Virus record (IMG/VR): IMGVR_UViG_3300045988_025287
Span: 37,747-101,746 of that record
DNA from: a virus
Reading direction: 5' to 3' (one strand)
DNA length: 64,000 nt
Shown: piece after piece, positions 8,466 through 16,185 of the stretch
How positions within the stretch are numbered: position 1 is the first letter of the stretch
Layout of the letters: each line of letters opens with the position of its first letter
Notes under the pieces: model-generated
The model's input: only the letters and a program-made list of their open reading frames with translations
Database searches by the model: none
What the model was told of the DNA's origin: nothing
Translations under genes and position numbers: made by a program

Positions 8466-8696
8466 ATGAAAAAGATTGGAGATTTTTTATTTGTAGAGCA
8501 ATGCTTTACAGATACTGAAGAAACAAAAACTGCGGTAGTCAATATTAATTATATTGACAGCATAACTCAGAGCTGCAATGACAAACTTGGAGACATTGTA
8601 GTCATAGAGACAGATAATACAAGAATTATCTGTAAAGATCCAGAGAATTTCTTTACTGAGTTTGAGAATCTAATTTCAGATGAAGAAGAATGGTAG
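8466..8696 (+). CDS. small acidic protein (76 aa)
   Basis: ORF track. Ends in TAG, with a TAA back-up 4 codons later. Confidence 0.5.
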   Translation: MKKIGDFLFVEQCFTDTEETKTAVVNINYIDSITQSCNDKLGDIVVIETDNTRIICKDPENFFTEFENLISDEEEW

Positions 8697-8953
8697 TCAA
8701 TAAAGTAAAAGAGGGCCGTAAATTAACTGAAATAAAGTTCAGTAACGACCACTATCTCGCAAATCTATTAGCTACTACTAAAGTACTTGGCATATCGTTA
8801 GAACGAGCTAAAAAGCTATGTAGAACAGTACCAGGTAAGAGAGTAGAAGTTAATCCACCTATTGAAATTATCAGTAAGTTAAATACTGATAAATTATTTG
8901 AAGAATTAGAGGAGTATGAAATAGAAGTATCTATTAGTATTCCCAGTAAATAA
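8690..8953 (+). CDS. second bL12 C-terminal-domain-like protein (87 aa)
   Basis: LGISLERAKKLCRTVP...LEEYEIEVSI resembles bL12 [15 protein letters not shown]...[10 protein letters not shown] (by eye). Confidence 0.45.
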   Translation: MVVNKVKEGRKLTEIKFSNDHYLANLLATTKVLGISLERAKKLCRTVPGKRVEVNPPIEIISKLNTDKLFEELEEYEIEVSISIPSK

Positions 8954-8970
8954 CTTATCAAAAGTAAAAC

Positions 8971-9438
8971 ATGAAAGCAATTGTTATTTCATTTGAAGGA
9001 GCTATAAAAGACGATAATATCTTTGCATCATTATTAGCTTCTTTTGTAGAGAAACATGTAAACACTGAATCTGTAAATATCCATATTTTATCAGATATAG
9101 ATGTAACAAATGCGCTAATAGCTAAGTGCTTAATTCCATCTGCTATAACAGTAGACAGACCATCTAATCCGCAAATACCAGTAGTAGAAGATTTCTGTAA
9201 GAAGATTGTTTCATCTATTGGTTCACCCGCACTTAAAACACGAGAATTGTTAAACTCAGAACTATGCAAGTTCTTAGTACAACAAAATCGTGAAGTTATT
9301 AGTGTTCCAGTAAGTATTATTGCTAAAGTAAATACTACTTCTGCGTATTACGAACATCGCAAGGTACTAAAGGAATACGGTTTATCTGCATTACCTGAGT
9401 TATTACGCGATATTAACCCTCTATTTAAATTTTACTAG
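8971..9438 (+). CDS. hypothetical protein (155 aa)
   Basis: ORF track. TAG stop with a TAA back-up 6 codons later. Confidence 0.5.
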   Translation: MKAIVISFEGAIKDDNIFASLLASFVEKHVNTESVNIHILSDIDVTNALIAKCLIPSAITVDRPSNPQIPVVEDFCKKIVSSIGSPALKTRELLNSELCKFLVQQNREVISVPVSIIAKVNTTSAYYEHRKVLKEYGLSALPELLRDINPLFKFY

Positions 9439-9439
9439 T

Positions 9440-9538
9440 ATGGCAAAGAAGAATAATGAAGAGCCTCCAAAGGAATTTAAAAAGAAGCCAAAACATAAAA
9501 AGATGGAGCCCTATAATCGTAAGAAAGCATGGAAATAG
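9440..9538 (+). CDS. possible small basic protein (32 aa)
   Basis: ATG..TAG ORF encoding MAKKNNEEPPKEFKKKPKHKKMEPYNRKKAWK. Confidence 0.25.
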   Translation: MAKKNNEEPPKEFKKKPKHKKMEPYNRKKAWK

Positions 9539-9675
9539 ATAATAATTGTCCTACACTTGATAATCATATCAACTGTAGTGAATGTACTCATGAGTGTAAA
9601 CTCAGAATGCAACCAAAGAATAGTAAAGAAGTAGAGGTTCCGCCAGAGCCTCTACTTAATACTATATATTACTAA
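9529..9675 (+). CDS. possible small Cys-rich (zinc-ribbon-like) protein (48 aa)
   Basis: ATG..TAA ORF beginning MEIDNNCPTLDNHINCSECTHECKLRMQ... Confidence 0.3.
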   Translation: MEIDNNCPTLDNHINCSECTHECKLRMQPKNSKEVEVPPEPLLNTIYY

Positions 9676-9712
9676 TTTAAATTGTTAGTAAAATGGTGGA
9701 TTCAGTCAACCC

Positions 9713-9866
9713 AAAGAACTGTTTAAGACTAGAACCCTAATGGAAATTGTCAATCAAGAGTACAATGGACTATACAACGGTCAACCACATTATATGTAGG
9801 TCAGGAGAAGGCAGGGAGTCTCCTGTTGAATAAGAAGTACAAATAGACAGGAACAGTTCTTTTTAA
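9713..9866 (+). ncRNA. structured element closed by an 11-bp long-range helix plus T-run
   Basis: AAAGAACTGTT (9713) pairs with AACAGTTCTTT (9852) and is followed by TTTTAATT. Inner hairpin CAGGAG..CTCCTG. Confidence 0.35.
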
Positions 9867-9917
9867 TTATTACTTAAATTTACTAAAAGATATGAGTAAA
9901 ACAAAAAACAAATTAAA

Positions 9918-10145
9918 ATGTCATATTATATGACCAATATAATTATTACTCCTACTTTATATGAGGAGAAAAGATTAGAAGCTATATCATACTTTAGCAG
10001 ATGTAGTAGAGAAGCAGCACTAAGAATCCACAAAAAGAACAAATATAAAGATATTAAATTGAAGCTAAACACTATAGCAGTAGCTATAATCGAGGCTAAA
10101 AAGAGATATTTTGATGATTGTTCTTTTATTAAGATTATATTATAG
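9918..10145 (+). CDS. hypothetical protein (75 aa)
   Basis: ORF track. TAG stop with TAA one codon later. Confidence 0.45.
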   Translation: MSYYMTNIIITPTLYEEKRLEAISYFSRCSREAALRIHKKNKYKDIKLKLNTIAVAIIEAKKRYFDDCSFIKIIL

Positions 10146-10189
10146 TGTTAAATAAATTTTATTGTTAAATCAATTAAACTGTATTCAAA

Positions 10190-10657
10190 ATGGCAGAAGT
10201 AAAGAAAATGAACATCCTTATAGAGGATGTAAATGGAGAAAACATCCAGGATGTAATCGCTAATTCAAGTAAGGTAACTGAAGAAATTGCAGAAGAAGCA
10301 GCAAAGAAAATTGCTGAACGACGCAAAGAAAAGTTAACGAAAGATTTAGTAGCTGTTGTTCAGAAGAGCGAATATACGGTATCCTCAGCGGTACTACAAG
10401 TTCGTCGTTCTAACAGAACAAACCAACGTATTAAACAGTACCTAAAAGATCTTGCTACACTGAAAGAAGAGATTGTAAGTGGAAAGAAACCTGTATCTGC
10501 ATGGAAAGAGGAAGCTTATAATCTAAAGAAACAGTACGACAAGGATCTTATTGAGATTGGAAAGGATATCGACAAGTCCTTAAATGAACTTAACGAACTC
10601 TTTCCAGACTCTTGGCAGTGGAGATACGATGATTTAGTTCCTAATACTAATAGATAA
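10190..10657 (+). CDS. hypothetical coiled-coil protein (155 aa)
   Basis: ORF track. Lys/Glu-rich heptad-like sequence. Confidence 0.55.
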   Translation: MAEVKKMNILIEDVNGENIQDVIANSSKVTEEIAEEAAKKIAERRKEKLTKDLVAVVQKSEYTVSSAVLQVRRSNRTNQRIKQYLKDLATLKEEIVSGKKPVSAWKEEAYNLKKQYDKDLIEIGKDIDKSLNELNELFPDSWQWRYDDLVPNTNR

Positions 10658-11302
10658 CTAAATCAAAACAAATAAAAGAGGTTCCAAGCTTAGAATCTTT
10701 GAATCAATAGCTTAGTATGTGAGTCGGAAATAGTTCTTTTGAACTCTAGGGCCTGAGGCATACAAGGACCTGAATTAACAGGTCTCATACAGAATTTTAA
10801 ATCAGTTATGGGGAACTACCGTGAACTACTGATCATAAGTCTGAGATCGCGACAATAAGATTGTCCTCTAGAAATAGAGAAACGCTCTAGTCGTGACATC
10901 AAGTTTAGACTGAATAATATGAATCTTTGAATCGTTTAAAGTATCTATACTTTAACTATTATTCGTGTATTATCAAGATCAGTATAAGAGAACTAACCAT
11001 TCTCAAGACCATAGGGTATATGACTTTGGTCGGTCATATACCCACAATAGAGTAGGTATAATACCGAACTGTAAAAAGAATTGACTGTTAGGTCTATTTA
11101 TGCCTTCAGGTGACCGCGGGGCAGTACCGCGCACATCCACTAAAAAAATATAATAAGGGTGTGAAATAGTATTGAACCGTTGAAACAGAATAGAATAGGT
11201 CAATAAGCAGATAACTGGCAATACAAGTTATGTAACGGACTATACTGGTATCGCAGCGTGATAACAGAGTCCAACGGCTAAGCTAATGTCGTAGAAAGCT
11301 GG
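10658..11302 (+). ncRNA. ORF-free structured island ending in a tRNA-like element
   Basis: No credible ORF. The 13-mer GAATCTTTGAATC occurs at 10693 and 10921. Hairpins GGTATATGAC/GTCATATACC and CGCGG/CCGCG. TAGTCGTG motif at 10893. Confidence 0.3.
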
Positions 11303-11382
11303 AGTAAGGATAGTACTCAGATGGTAGAGCGGTGAGATAATATCAAAAGCTGGTATCGGAGGTTCGAGTCCTCCCCTTACTA
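11303..11382 (+). tRNA. tRNA-like gene, anticodon arm not foldable (identity undetermined)
   Basis: Acceptor AGTAAGG/CCTTACT. D-arm-like CTCAGATGGTAGAG. Perfect T arm GGAGG-TTCGAGT-CCTCC. The 27 nt in between give no 5-bp stem with a 7-nt loop by hand. Confidence 0.4.
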
Positions 11383-11421
11383 CAAATAAAAAATTAAGTT
11401 TAATCAATAAATTAATTTGAA

Positions 11422-11700
11422 ATGGGATTAATGAATTTTATTAGACAGAATCTTCCAGAATCATGGGAGAAAGCTGCAACAGAGATGAGAATGAAGACTG
11501 AATTAATAACTCGTCTTCATAATGTAGTACCTCGTGCTTATAAGAATAAGTATCACTACAAAGAAGGAATATCTTATATTAGAAGAGTATTCAATACTAA
11601 ATGTGATATAATACATTTAGTAGATGCTACTGATATAGATATCACTAAATGGAATGAATTAAGTAGTAAAATAAAAGAATACGAATATCAATGCGTGTAA
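11422..11700 (+). CDS. hypothetical protein (92 aa)
   Basis: ORF track. Start of a run of overlapping genes. Confidence 0.5.
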   Translation: MGLMNFIRQNLPESWEKAATEMRMKTELITRLHNVVPRAYKNKYHYKEGISYIRRVFNTKCDIIHLVDATDIDITKWNELSSKIKEYEYQCV

Positions 11701-11876
11701 GATATTTTGCTTGGTTTGACTCTAAACATGAAAGAACAGAGTTCATTAACTTACTCAGATCAGCTAAATCTGATATTGATGCAGTTAATAAAGTGATGCA
11801 AAAATATCCAGAGTTAACTTTATCAGAAGTATCTGGAATAGTAAATAACTTTAAAAAAGAAATTAATCAACCATGA
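11691..11876 (+). CDS. hypothetical protein (61 aa)
   Basis: ORF track. Overlaps both neighbours. Confidence 0.45.
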   Translation: MRVRYFAWFDSKHERTEFINLLRSAKSDIDAVNKVMQKYPELTLSEVSGIVNNFKKEINQP

Positions 11877-12334
11877 GACTCAATCATCCTGGTATCTACA
11901 GAATTGTAGGTGAAAACTTTGAGCTTCTTGCCAATATAATTGGAGAAGTTCCTTGTATGAGAATTACTTCTGCACTATTAGTTAATAACTTAGTACAGAA
12001 AGGAGAATTTACTATACTTCCTGAAGACTCTATTGAAATTCAGAGCGTATTAGCGAATCCCGACAAATTTGTTTTTCTAGAGTATGAATACTCAGAAATA
12101 TGTTCATTACCATCTTATCGTCAATCGATTCATGGTACAAAAATGCCCGCTATAACTGACGAACAGTTAAAGACATTTACTAATAAATACCTTGAAGATA
12201 TTGGAATATATGGACGAGGTGTAGCCGCAACTAAAGCTTATATATTAGAGACTACAGGTTGGTCATTAGCCCAAATTAATGTAGTACTAATGAAAATAGC
12301 TAAAAGAGTAAAGCAGCAATATGTTAATTTATAG
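11873..12334 (+). CDS. hypothetical protein (153 aa)
   Basis: ORF track. ATGA overlap upstream. TAG stop with a TAA back-up 12 codons later. Confidence 0.55.
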   Translation: MRLNHPGIYRIVGENFELLANIIGEVPCMRITSALLVNNLVQKGEFTILPEDSIEIQSVLANPDKFVFLEYEYSEICSLPSYRQSIHGTKMPAITDEQLKTFTNKYLEDIGIYGRGVAATKAYILETTGWSLAQINVVLMKIAKRVKQQYVNL

Positions 12335-12713
12335 TTTGACAAACCATATATATACCACTTGGGGAGTTAAATATAGTTCATTTAACTGGCGACCTGAGTG
12401 GTATACCTTTTTAAGAATACAAAAAAGGGAATTAAAAGAACTAGAATTTCATGAATCTTATAAAGTTCAAACTGTAAAATATTTAATATTTTGGTTTGAT
12501 AATAGGATAATACAAAAGATAGGAGTCGATAAAGATTTAACTCTAAAGGTTCGTATAAGAATATTATGTGGATTAATTAATAATACTCCTACTAGTGTAC
12601 TTACTAGACCTATGAAAATAGAATTCATGGAATGTATATGGGATACTTATAATAAATTCTACAAAGATTGGTATGAATATTATTGTAGGAATGTACTAGA
12701 ATTGCCATTTTAA
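12321..12713 (+). CDS. hypothetical protein (130 aa)
   Basis: ORF track. Confidence 0.5.
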   Translation: MLIYSLTNHIYTTWGVKYSSFNWRPEWYTFLRIQKRELKELEFHESYKVQTVKYLIFWFDNRIIQKIGVDKDLTLKVRIRILCGLINNTPTSVLTRPMKIEFMECIWDTYNKFYKDWYEYYCRNVLELPF

Positions 12714-12761
12714 GTCTATAGAGTCTTGGTTGACTCTATAGGCACACTAAAGCCCGTAATT

Positions 12762-13322
12762 ATGACAGATGAAGAAAGACAACAGCTTTTAGATCTGATC
12801 AAGCAGGCTAAAGAAGGTAAACAATATGCCTTCACACAGCTTTATAATCGTTATCACAGAATTATATACAATACTATATATAATATTGTACACAATAAGG
12901 ATGTAACAGATGATTTAGTATCTGTAACGTTTACTAAAGCTTTCTTTAAGATAGCTAGTTATATTAATCATATTTCATTTGAAATGTGGTTAAAAACTAT
13001 CGCTATAAATAGTAGTATTGATTATATACGACGTACTAAAAAAGAGAAGTATGATTATGAGTTAGATAATGATAATAACTGTCTACAGGTAAGCAGTTCG
13101 GCCGACAGCTCACCAGAAGATGTCTACATCTATCATGAGACGGATAGTAAGTTATCTGATGCACTAAACAGACTTCGCTATAAGTATAGGTATATACTTG
13201 AACTACGCACAGTTCAGAATCTCTCTTACAAGGAGATTGCTGAACATCTTGAGCTCTCTGAGTCTCAAGTAAAATCTCGCCTTAATAAAGCGAGAGAGAA
13301 ATTAAAACAATTGTTAAACTAA
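12762..13322 (+). CDS. ECF-type sigma-70 family RNA polymerase sigma factor
   Basis: Region 2-like: FTQLYNRYHRIIYNTIYNIV..DDLVSVTFTKAF..WLKTIAINSSIDYIRR. Region 4 HTH: LELRTVQNLSYKEIAEHLELSESQVKSRLNKAREKL. The ATG at 12762 is preferred over the TTG at 12726 used in the track. Confidence 0.8.
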   Translation: MTDEERQQLLDLIKQAKEGKQYAFTQLYNRYHRIIYNTIYNIVHNKDVTDDLVSVTFTKAFFKIASYINHISFEMWLKTIAINSSIDYIRRTKKEKYDYELDNDNNCLQVSSSADSSPEDVYIYHETDSKLSDALNRLRYKYRYILELRTVQNLSYKEIAEHLELSESQVKSRLNKAREKLKQLLN

Positions 13323-13338
13323 AAAACATTTACTAATT

Positions 13339-13710
13339 ATGACACCAGCAATTATTGGGCTATTAACTGTAGCATTTATCCTTGCACGGTTATTCCGTAG
13401 TACAGGAATGTGGTGGAAACTTGTTTTCGCCATTATGGCTGGTCTATTAGTAGGTATTTTAAGTAAGGAAGTAGTTAAGTCAGATAATGATAAGACTACT
13501 TCTCTTACTAGTTTAGTTAGCACCATGAGTAATGATGATGCTTTAACATGCATGCAAAGCTTAGTAGCTACAGTGACAGAAGGTACTACCATTCGCCTTA
13601 CTGGGGTTGCAGGTTACATTGTTAAAGATGAAGAATTATTCGATGCACTAACTAAAAGTAATACCTTTACTAATGGACGTGACTCACCAGAAATAGAGGA
13701 TGATAGTTAA
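13339..13710 (+). CDS. two-TM membrane protein downstream of the sigma factor (candidate anti-sigma)
   Basis: ORF track. Two N-terminal TM helices. The role is suggested by position only, and no anti-sigma motif was seen. Confidence 0.5.
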   Translation: MTPAIIGLLTVAFILARLFRSTGMWWKLVFAIMAGLLVGILSKEVVKSDNDKTTSLTSLVSTMSNDDALTCMQSLVATVTEGTTIRLTGVAGYIVKDEELFDALTKSNTFTNGRDSPEIEDDS

Positions 13711-13785
13711 CCTCTTAAACTAATCCATCTTTTTAATTGTACTTAATAATAACTTTTATTTTAACACTTTAAAACATTATCAAAA

Positions 13786-15300
13786 ATGGCAAAAGAAATG
13801 AGTAAGGCTGAAAGAAAGGCAGCCTTGAAAGCAGCAAAAGCAGCAGCAAAAGCTGAAGCTAAAGTAAACAACACTGAGAACAAGAAAGAGGAAACTAATC
13901 CTCAGGTAGATAACAAGCCGAAAGATGCTAAAGTAGAGGATGCAAAGAAAGCTCCTACTACAGCTAAGGAAACTAAGGTTCAGGCGAAGAAGGATGCCCC
14001 TAAAAGTCCGGATAAGCCTAAGAAGAAGGAAGAGAAAATTCCTACAATCATTCCTGAAGATGCAACAGGTAAGAACAGCCCTGAAAAGAAAGCTGTAGAA
14101 CGTGCTGCAAACCTTATCACAGGAATTCCTACGGCCGGTATACCTATTGGTTCAAGAGAATCATCTGTTGATGGTAAGGCTATGTTAGCATTTGTAATGC
14201 AACAGCGTTATGCTAACAATGAAGAACTCAAGAAGCAATATCCTGAGTTATATGCAGACATCAATCGTAGCATTGATGTAGTTACTTTGTTAGCTCTTGT
14301 CGATGTACGTCAAGACTTGTTCGACCGTGGTGAACGTGGCGAATTGCAGTTACAGATAGCTGCAGACCAAGTATTACCGCTGCAAAGTATGGCAGAAATG
14401 CTAGGTATTAAACTAGCTCCTGCTAAAGCTCTGCCTGGGAATGATGGGCAAATGTCTATTAACTTCTCAGAAAGTGAAGTACCTACAGAACTTGCAAACA
14501 GCAAGCCAAAAGTAGAAATTCCAGAGCTTGATCCTAACAAGATTACTAATGATGAGGAATTGAAAACTGCCCTTAATTACCTCATCTCTAAAGAGAAGAA
14601 TGTGGCAGAAAATATAGTTAACACTGTAGAATGGTATCGTGTATATCGCGGCCTGAAAGAAACTAATGCAGATAAGAAGCTTGCATTAGACGAAAAGACA
14701 GTTACAGATTGGATTAATGAGATATTCTCTATTATCCAACCTACAGCCATCTTACGTGGTTTAGGTCGTGCTGTATACTTATATACTTCACAGACAGGTT
14801 CACCGTGTATGGCTCACTCTATCATGCATACACATATGTCTAAGGCTGGTTGGAGTGAAGAACAAGTAGCAGAAGCATTACGTGCTTTAATTGGAGAAAA
14901 CTTCCGTTATAAACTGAAGGATGATCCTGAAGCAAAGCCTGAAGAAGATAAAGCAATTAATGCTATTACTGGCTTACTAGGCAATGACTATATTGATAAG
15001 TTATTTGCCGACTATACTATTACTACTGATGGTGTAGAAGACAGTAAGAAAGTTGAACTTGAAGCTGCACGTGAAGTTGCCCGTAAGGTTCTAGGGAGTA
15101 TTCGTACCAATTACTTTGACAAACAGAAGGAGACTCCTACGCTTGATAAGATGCGTATGGTAGTAGGTCAGATTATTAATCTGTATCGAAATCCGGCTGA
15201 TCGTCTTGCAGAGTATTGTCAAGGAGATTTAATCGCTCCAAAGGAAGACGAATATCCTAAGAATGAAGAGAAATCTGAAGGGACTGAAAAAAAAAACTAA
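13786..15300 (+). CDS. hypothetical protein with Lys/Ala/Pro/Glu-rich (histone H1-like) N-terminal region (504 aa)
   Basis: ORF track. N-terminal ~100 aa KAERKAALKAAKAAAKAEAK..KKDAPKSPDKPKKKEEK, followed by a globular part. Confidence 0.7.
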   Translation: MAKEMSKAERKAALKAAKAAAKAEAKVNNTENKKEETNPQVDNKPKDAKVEDAKKAPTTAKETKVQAKKDAPKSPDKPKKKEEKIPTIIPEDATGKNSPEKKAVERAANLITGIPTAGIPIGSRESSVDGKAMLAFVMQQRYANNEELKKQYPELYADINRSIDVVTLLALVDVRQDLFDRGERGELQLQIAADQVLPLQSMAEMLGIKLAPAKALPGNDGQMSINFSESEVPTELANSKPKVEIPELDPNKITNDEELKTALNYLISKEKNVAENIVNTVEWYRVYRGLKETNADKKLALDEKTVTDWINEIFSIIQPTAILRGLGRAVYLYTSQTGSPCMAHSIMHTHMSKAGWSEEQVAEALRALIGENFRYKLKDDPEAKPEEDKAINAITGLLGNDYIDKLFADYTITTDGVEDSKKVELEAAREVARKVLGSIRTNYFDKQKETPTLDKMRMVVGQIINLYRNPADRLAEYCQGDLIAPKEDEYPKNEEKSEGTEKKN

Positions 15301-15371
15301 ACTGGTTTAAAAAGTTTCTTTTAAAAATTCATATCTTAGAAGAATAACCATTCTAATAAATATCATATCAA

Positions 15372-15773
15372 ATGAATAATAGAATGTTAACTGTAGTTGG
15401 AATGTTTGTTGTCAGTGTATTCATTGGTAGGCAAATGTTTGCAACTACAGAAGTTATACAGGCACAGCCTGTTATACCCTCTATAGTGGAGTTACCTAAC
15501 TTCCCTAAAGTAATAAAAGAGGAGAAAAAGTCTGTAGATGAGATAAATGTCGAAGTCGACTTATCTACATTAGAAGTATCTGTGAAAGGAACAACAGACG
15601 CAAAAGTGAATGTAAAAACTACTGGTGAACCAAAGCCAGTAGTTAAGTGGAAAACTAAAGTAATAGAGAAGACGAATTCAACAGGATATCCGAAAGTAAA
15701 AGCTATAAGTAAGGTATCTGATGACGAATCACCGGCAACTCCATTAACAATAGTAGATAAATATGAACAATAA
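15372..15773 (+). CDS. hypothetical secreted/membrane-anchored protein (133 aa)
   Basis: ORF track. N-terminal hydrophobic helix. Confidence 0.5.
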   Translation: MNNRMLTVVGMFVVSVFIGRQMFATTEVIQAQPVIPSIVELPNFPKVIKEEKKSVDEINVEVDLSTLEVSVKGTTDAKVNVKTTGEPKPVVKWKTKVIEKTNSTGYPKVKAISKVSDDESPATPLTIVDKYEQ

Positions 15774-16185
15774 AATTATACTTCAACAGATGATACGTCT
15801 ATCACGTATCATTAAGGACTCAAGAGAAGCAAGAGCTAAATTGAATTCTATTCAAGCTCAAACTGAATACTTTATAGTAGAAGGTAATCAGTCTACTTTT
15901 ATTAGAGACCAAGCTAACAGTAGTATAACTAATTGTTTATATGTAGAACAGTACTTACGTTCGTCTGTAAGTAATGCTTGTAAATGTTTGGATGGTTTTG
16001 ATGCTTCAAAAATGGAACCAATAGACTACATCAGTAGTAGTGATGTAAAAAATAAGTTTGTCGACATATGTCTAGGTAAGAAAGTAGTAGCTTCTATTAA
16101 TCTTACCACTGGTGAAATAATAAGCATCAATACACCAAAACAAGGATTAACGGCTAAAGATGACAGCCCTACGGTAAAAAGTTAG
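15763..16185 (+). CDS. hypothetical protein (140 aa)
   Basis: ORF track. Ends TAG TGA TAA TAA, i.e. all three stop codons in tandem. Confidence 0.55.
   Translation: MNNKIILQQMIRLSRIIKDSREARAKLNSIQAQTEYFIVEGNQSTFIRDQANSSITNCLYVEQYLRSSVSNACKCLDGFDASKMEPIDYISSSDVKNKFVDICLGKKVVASINLTTGEIISINTPKQGLTAKDDSPTVKS

Noticed and set aside
11003-11221. Minus-strand ORF of 72 aa inside the 10.7-11.3 kb island.
   Set aside because: It is isolated, has an odd composition, and overlaps strong hairpins on the plus strand. No neighbouring gene shares its orientation.
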